From positions 1-64,000 of IMG/VR virus record IMGVR_UViG_3300021255_001258: a stretch of DNA of 64,000 nt. One strand, 5' to 3'. Position 1 is the stretch's first letter. The number at the start of each line of letters is the position of its first letter. Shown here one piece after another: positions 56,201-64,000 of this stretch. The DNA is from a virus (lineage: Duplodnaviria; Caudoviricetes). A model generated the notes under the pieces. That model did no database searches. It saw only the letters and a program-made list of their open reading frames with translations, and had not been told where the DNA came from. Both the position numbers and the translations under genes were made by a program.

Positions 56201-59200
56201 AAATATTTCTGTTGTTCTTCAAGACGAACACGTTCTTGATTGTATAACTGTTTGAATGTTCCGCTATTAGCTCTTGTTCCGGTAGCAGTATAATATGCTT
56301 CTTTAGACTGAGTAACTTTCTGAGAGGACTGGACCATATGAAGGAGTCCACCCCATTTTTTATCAGCTTTATCAAACTGCGCTTGAGCAAGTTCAGTTGC
56401 CGCATTCTTAGCAGCCTTCTGGAGTTCAACCAAACTTGTCTTACTTTCCCAATACTCTTGAGTAAGTTGAGCAAGCTGTGTCTGCGCCTCTTGATATTCT
56501 TTACTATTGACACCATATATCTTAGCTGCTTTCTCAAGCTCTTTCTCATAGTCCTTCATTGCCTGTTCGTTGTACTTAACAATTTCTTTCTGACGGACAA
56601 TCTGAGAACCCATATTCTGTCGGATAACTTCGCGGTCTTCACCACCACTTGCCTGATAGTATTCAAGCATAGCTTTTGTGGACGCTTGGATAGCAGAAGA
56701 GCGTTCGGCGAGAGTGCCGTATTTGCTTACAATGTTATCAAGTTTCGTACCTTCGAGTTCTTTTAATTGCTTCTGAAGTTCAATATTTGCATCTACACAA
56801 TCTTCTGCGGCATCTGTCCACTGTTTATAGGATTCAATGAATGTGCGGATTCCCTCATTGTAAGATGTAATATCCAAACTTCCACTATTCAAAGCCTTTA
56901 TAATCTGGTCAGCTTCAGTTGCCGACAAAAGTCCGGCATTAATAGCCTCAGTACGAACTTTATCTGCCTATGTTCTATAATTCTTTGCGGCTGTTTCATT
57001 ATTGCTGATTTGTTTTGTTACAAGTTTTGCTGCCTGATCAAGATAATTGTTCTTGTCTCTTGTATTTGTTGCAAGTTCGGCACGGCTTGTAAGACGTTCG
57101 ATTTCACGGTTTGTCTTTTCAAGTGTGATTTCGGCCATGTTAAACCAATCAGCTGTGGCCTTTTGGAATTTTTCAATTGCTTCTTTTATTGCATCTTCTG
57201 TTTCCTTAGCGGCATCACTAACAGTGCTTGCGACTTTTTTGCCTGTATCTTTTGCAGTATTAGCAACATCTTTTCCGGTATTTGATGGAGTATTTGTACC
57301 TGGAGTTCCAGGTTTAAATTGTATGCCGCCATTTCCGCCATAATGAGATGGCATACCATTATAAGCCAACGTCCCACTAGCCAACGCACGAGCGCCACCA
57401 ATAAGATGACCTTTACCAGAAGCTCGACCAGTTGACATGAGTGCCTTAACTTGGCTATGAGAGAGTATGACGTCACCTTTCTTCAGGTTTTCAACATGCA
57501 TACCTCCCGGAAGAATCGAGAACACACCGTTCCTAATTAATCCTTCCGCGCCGACCTCATTTACAAGTGCTGTCTCATCTTCCTGTAGAGATACATTTGT
57601 TCCTCTAGCATGAGCCGGAATTGCATTGACAACATTATAAGCAGTACCAGAAGCGTGAGCATGGAATGTTCCGGCTGCATCGCTTCCCTGAGCTGGCATT
57701 CCACTTACTCTAGCATGAACACTAATACTATATTGCTGATTCATGATATTCGCGAGTGCACTTGTTATTCCCGTCGTGTTTGCACCAACAGTAATTGTGG
57801 CAGTTCTATGGTTAATACTAGCCACAGCAATATTCGCAGCGTTAATTGCTTCAGAATTATCGCCAGCAATCTTCATAACTGGTTTCTTATTGCTAGCATA
57901 TTTTTCGGCAACATCCGCTTTGGTTCTTACATCGGAAGAATCTCCATTAATTTTCATTTCCGCCGGATTGTCTTCAGCATGCGCCTTAGCTGTATCAATT
58001 GCTTCCATTGCTTTTGTATTATCAGCGACAACATCCATTTTTGCTTCTGTTATTGCCTACGTGAGGTCTTCTATTTGTTCGGACGAAATTTCAACTTTGA
58101 TTGGTGCTTCCAAACTTTCAATCTAACTCTTAAGTTCTGCTAATTCTTGTTTGCCCTATTCGGTGTTAAGATCAATATTAAACTCTTTTGCAAGATCTTC
58201 GTCTGCTAACGATTTCAGTTCTTCAAGTCCAGATATTACTTCGTCTTTTCCTTCGAGGATTGTATTAATGTGTATCTGACGATCATATGTTTTAATTTCG
58301 TTATCTGTTGCGAGTGCCTCGTCGGATCCATCCTCCATGCCTCGTCTTGCTTTTATTAATTGGACTTTCCTTTGTTGCAATGTTTCATTATCTAATTGAG
58401 AAATGTCACCACCCAAATTAAACGAGATATCAACATCCCCGCTTTGCTGCAGTTCTTTTATTTTTTGTCTACCCTATTCAAGCTATTCATTAAATTCTTC
58501 TGCCCCTTGAATAGATGGACCAAATTCTGCATCGGGTGTCCAATCAATAAGTCCCATCTAGGACAAAACAGTCATTAATGCTTTGCCATATTCCTGACCA
58601 AGACCAAGTTCTTTTAAAATTCCATCGAGAGCCTATTCAGCACCTTCTAATTGTGTTTTCCCATCACCAAATTCAATTGTTCCAAGTTCTTCGTCTGAGA
58701 ATTGTTTAAGTGTATTAAGATACTTGCTGATGGCCTCGTTGTAACCATTTATCTTATCACCATCAAATAACTCATGATTGTGCGCAACTTCGGCATATCG
58801 GTCTGCCATTTCTTTTGCGTCTTCACCCTTAAATGTTGCCATAAGAACAGGCAATTCAACCTATTCACCATTTAATGCTTTCTCGGCATATTCTTGCAAT
58901 GCTTCTGGTTCTAGTACATCGCCATTCGGAAGGATTGGTGTCATAACAACGGCTGTCTGATTATCATCGCTGGTATACGTCTAACTATATAATGTCGCAT
59001 AATCTCCATCGAAATCAGGATAAAATTCTTGCATCATGCGAGGAGTAACTCTGGCTCTGTGATTTAAATCAACATCTCCAAATTGAGTTCCAGACACGAA
59101 ATCCGTCATTGCAGCCTCATAACTAGCGCGATCAATTGTAAAATCTTTCAAATTAATCGTAACACCGTATTCATCTGCCATTCTCTGGACTTCGTCCATG

Positions 59201-62200
59201 ATACGTTTCATACCAACTTGATCACCCATATTCTCCGCCGTAGTATAAGCCTGACGAAGGGCATCAACTGTATCTGGTAAATTCTTAAATCCTTCAATGA
59301 AAGACTACTGAGAACCAGCAACATAATTATTTGTGGCGGTATCCAAATTAGTAAGGTCATCTTTTAATCCTTGAATCTGATTACGTTTTTCCGCCAACAC
59401 ATCTTCGCTCGCTCCGGCAGCAACAAGTTGTGCATATTCAAGTTGTGCGTCTGTCAACTGTGTTTTGAGGTCGCTTGCTTTTGCAGAAGCTTCTTCAAGA
59501 GAAGATACATATGCAATATTTCCACCGTAGTCATTGATACGCCCCATCATGTCCATAAAGAATTCATCAGACATACCCATTTCAAGAGCGGCTTTTGCAG
59601 AATCCGCAAAATCAAGAGAATATCCAGTTAATGCATCGTATGTTGCCAATCCTTTAGAAACAAGATCATTGAGGAAATTGGTAACTCCAGATGCGTCATC
59701 TGTGAAGTATCTTTCAACTTTCTTATAATTCTGCTCAAATGTCTTCCAATCAGTTCTTCCGAATGGATCAAGATATGAGGCGCGAGTCTTGAAATCATCG
59801 GTTCCAATAAGTCCCTTATCAAACAGTTCCTTGCCAGTCTTCATATAACCTTGAGCTGTCTCATAGTCAGCACCTTCATTCTTCGTCTGGTCAGCACGGG
59901 CAATAGCAGCAAGACGAGAGAAGTTCTGCATTTGTTCAGCATAAGTAGCATAATACTGAGCCTGTTGACGCATATATTCAGCCATTTGTTCATTAAGTTC
60001 ACGAACTTTGGAAGTATCTCCGGCTTTCGACGCACGGTCGATTGCTTCCTGGATTTCATCCATCTTTGACGCAAAGTCCTGATTAATGATTTCATTCTGC
60101 TGTTCCGCAAGCCTCTGCAGTTCTATCATGTCAACTTTGACACCGTCAGCCGTAGCATAGAACACCGATGAAATGTCTGCTTCATTGGCAAGGTTGCTAA
60201 ACTGTGTGGTTAACTGCTGAATCGTATCAGATGAAAGTCCAGTTTCGGTTGTCATTTCTGACATTGCAGTCGAAATAGCAGAAGAGAGTGCTTGAGCATC
60301 GGAGATTACGAGGTTTTTGATTGTATCGTCGTAATTTGCGATGTCACCAAGGAGAGAAGAGATAGAGGAGTTGTTGGCATCGATTTCCTGACCAATTTCT
60401 CGCCTACGATCCGCAGTGGTTTCAGTTTTTGTAGCTTCTTCGGCAAGAAGTTTATTTTGTGTCCTCAAATTCGCAATCTGGTTCTTACTAAGGTTCTGAA
60501 GCGTTTTATATTCTTTCTCTGTTACTTTAAGTCCCTATGCTTGCTTCAAAGATATAAGGTCATTGATTTCCTATGCTTGAGATTTATATTCATCTAATGC
60601 GTATCCAAGTTGTTTAAGTTCATCATTGGAATAAGCAGAAGAGTATGTGGATGCTTGTTCACGAGCCGACTGAGCATTTGCCGCATGTTCATTTGCGTAA
60701 CCAAGATATTTTACTCTAGTAGCATCGCTTGTTACACGAGAAGCAGCATTTTCCCAATATCTTGCCATAGTATCTTCTTGTTCTGCTGTGTTTTGATATA
60801 ATTCCTGTAAAGAATCATATGTCTTCTTGGTTGTTCTTTGGCCTGATTTTTCGTTCTTGGCAACCAAATTCTCAAGTTTATCAATTTCTGTCTTGTTTAA
60901 GTCAACTCCACGTTGATACGCATTTGTACCAGCTTCAAGCTGTTCTGTTTGAAGATTTATTAAATCTATTTGAGATTGCGCTAAAGCCGATTCAGATTCA
61001 TTTAACGCTTTTTGCGCAGCTTTGTATGCCGGAGAACTGGTATCATAAATCCTATTTCGTTTTTGTCTCTTGTTGGAAACATCTTCCTGATTTAATCTGA
61101 TCGTTTCTTCTGCATTTCTTATAATCCCATCATAGTCGGCCTAAGTGATAATATCACCCTTTGCTTCTTTATATTCAAGTTCAGATCTACGCTTTTGCGT
61201 ATCAGAATCAAGCCTTTCTAGTTCTGCTTGTATTTTTGCTGTATCTGCATCAATTTCCCAGACCATCTTCATGTCTTTGTATTTTGCATAGATTTCGTCT
61301 GCTGTGCCGGAGAATTGGTCGGAGGCGATCATTTGATAAACTACGTTCCAATTGAGTTCTTCGTCACCAAGTTTTCCTTGGAGGTCTTCGATCTAAGAAT
61401 CAAAAAGTTTAGATAATCCTTCACGTTGCGCATGAGTGGCAGCATTGACATCAGCCGTAGCATTTAATTCCATAAACAAATCTTTTACATCCGATGATTC
61501 ATCTGCTAAATTCCCCATGGAAGATACAAGATTCTCGACATATGTATTTAATTGCTGTAATCCTTCAGCGGACATACCATCAACATTCGCACGAAGTTCT
61601 TTAATCCACTCTGTTAATTTTCCGACCGCCTTGTCGGATATTGCTTTTTCTGTAAACTCTGTTAAATCTGGGAATGAATCCTGAAGTGTCTTCATTTCAT
61701 CGGCTGTTAATGTACCATTTTCCCGCAAAGATTCAAGTGCTCCAGTGAGAGAGGAGAGTGAAGTTTCAAAAGATTGTGCTTTCTCCGCATAACCCTCATC
61801 ATTAAATATAGAAGATAAATTATCTGTAGGTTCAACTTTTTGTATTTCTTTTCTCGCCTCTTTATATTTCTCTAACCAATTTAAGAAATCTTCCAAACCA
61901 GAACCTTCATAATCAAATTTGCCTTTGATTTTTGCCTCTTGAACTAAATCAATATCTTCAAGACTAATACTACGTACTTCGTCCGAAGAAATTCCGAGTT
62001 CTTCTGCAAGACTGTCAAGATCGGCGGAATCCGAATAAAAATCTCTACCAGTTTTTTCATCCACATAAGTAAGACCAAGCATTACACGAATATTTTGCCT
62101 TATTTTATATGATTCATCATCATCTCCTGGGACAATTTCTCTAAGAACTTTGGCAAAATTATCTCGATATTCTGTGGTACTTAATGATTTATCTGAAAAT

Positions 62201-64000
62201 GCATCTAATAATTTCTTCGCATTATCTTCGGATGCTTTTGATATTTCGCCATTACTATCTGCTAATGCAGCAACAAGAGGATCAAGAAAACGTTTCCGCA
62301 AAAATGCTCTTGGATCATCACCCAATAAATTCCAATCATCATCTGATAATCCCTCTAAATCTAAATTCGTAATATCGTCAGCAATAATCTATTGCAACTA
62401 TTCTCCAACTTTAAGGTCCCCAAGTTTTTGATAATCTTCGTAAAGATTCATTTGAGAAATAAGCGAAGGAACTAATGCATTCCAATCAGCTTTTACTTCT
62501 GCCATATCGCTCTTCTTGATTGAAAGAGCTTTTATATACTCCTCCGGTAAAGAGCCTAAATCTGCTGATTGTACGGCTGCTTTAAATGTTTTTTCAAATT
62601 CTTCCACATTTTCTTCTGTCGCATCAGCAAGATTTAGAACAAGTCTACCAGCGGTAGAATCTGAAGCGGAATAATCCACATTCTTATAAATGGAATTTGC
62701 TGCATCAACGTACATCTTAGTAATCTGGTCAACAACCTTTTGCATACTTGGATCGTTCGGATCATAATCCCACCTAAGTGTACCGTTTTCGTCTAACCCT
62801 AATTTAGAAATGTCAATTTCAGCACCCGTTTTCCCGGCTTTTATTGTGTCTTGTATTCCTTTTACCGTATTTACTATATCTGTCTGCCGAGCAATATCTT
62901 TCTATAATTCTTCATATCTAACTTGAAAGCCCTTTAATGCGGTTCCTAATTGTTCTCCAATCTAAAAATCGGCAAGCTGCCTTTCTTCTTCTAATAAAGC
63001 AGCGATACTTTCTTTTGCTTTATCTGCGTTGGCGTCTAGTGTAAGAATAGCATTCCCTTGCGAATCAAATCCAGAAACGAGACTTGGGAAAAGATCTGCC
63101 ATTTGTTGATTCAGTGACAAGAATTCCTGATATTTCTCTGTTGATAACTCTCTGTTAGAGATTCCTTGATTTGTATAATCTACGCTTTCACGAAGTTTTA
63201 AATAATCACTAAGATTATCTTCCTAATAAGTTCGCCTTTGATCATATTGTTGCCGAATATCTGAAATCCGAGATTGTGCCTCTTGCCCTTTTTGAATCGC
63301 GATTTCTCGTCTATTGACATAATTTGAAATAGCATTGATTGTTGCACCAAGTGCTGCCGAAATTGCCATGGATATCCCAGCATTGACAACAGTAGAAAGG
63401 ACTGTACCTCCAAGAGATTTTAATCCAGATATTAGTTTTGAACCGCCACCTTGAGTTTGACTTGCGGTCTATTTTTCTAATTCCGCCTGTTGTTCTTTTG
63501 CTTTGCCAAGCGCTTGCGACAGATTCATTGCCTCTGTACTTGCATTTGCTAATCCTTGCACATATTGTTGAGCAGAAGAGGAGAGACCTTTAAAATCGCT
63601 CGACTATATAAATGTATCAAGATCTACAGAACTTCCGCCAGCTTGTTTAAATGCTTTTTCTAATTCTGGTATAAGATTCTGCTGTACGCCTGTGCCGATG
63701 CTCTTTGATGCGGATTGACCGAATTTCTGGAATATATTGGAGAATTTTCCTGATTTTCTGTCGAAGCCTAAAAATCCTATATCTTTGAAATTTGACAATA
63801 CTCCAAATACTGTTCCGACTATCATATTCAACCCACCAAAAGCGTCGGCGAGTGATGTGATTACTTCAATAGCTTTTGTACCAAAATCGATAATACCCTT
63901 AATCCAAGAAGAATCAATTGTAGTACTTATAAGTTCCTGGAGTCTGTTTTGGAATTGAGCCACTCGGCCCTCAATAGAATCGAGGTATTTATTTAGCTCC
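53254..64000 (-). CDS. tape measure protein, 5' partial, over 3500 aa with TAG=Gln
   Basis: 14 listed ORF fragments share one frame and each ends in TAG; helical, Ala/Glu/Lys-rich; ELNKYLDSIEGR, ALVNEVGAE, YAKG motifs; true stop TAA at 53254. Confidence 0.9.

Noticed and set aside
31306-64000. Fragmented structural genes as a decayed prophage
   Set aside because: The breaks I checked are TAG, frames are preserved, and TAG falls at expected Gln positions; decay would give all three stops and many frameshifts.

Overview
This window is an internal segment of a large temperate tailed phage of a low-GC Firmicute; a Clostridia-like host and SPbeta-like layout are inferred. It has two convergent arms meeting at a bidirectional terminator near 30.2 kb. 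LEFT ARM (+, 1-29.9 kb, standard code): NAD-dependent DNA ligase, then about 15 kb of small accessory genes (TARG1-like macrodomain plus WGR-PARP, MT-A70 methyltransferase, RNA ligase, SLOG protein, Thg1, phosphoesterase, two tRNA-like RNAs). These are followed by a formate/nitrite channel, nrdD split by an ORF-less group I intron, nrdG, dUTPase, HPr-like proteins, an HNH protein, a tyrosine integrase and a tRNA-3'-end-type attP. RIGHT ARM (-, 30.3-64 kb): tape measure, lysis and tail genes. These appear shattered in the ORF track but join into continuous frames when TAG is read as Gln (code 15), so recoding seems confined to late genes. A tail fibre ends in a DGR-type variable repeat, followed by a truncated avd-like gene and then a tyrosine recombinase/RHH module instead of TR/RT. 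The most unexplained signal is a dyad, ATRAAA-N6-TTTNAT, with a different spacer each time. It sits on gene and ncRNA boundaries throughout the accessory region, suggesting a cassette-like gene array. All calls were made by eye; no searches were run.
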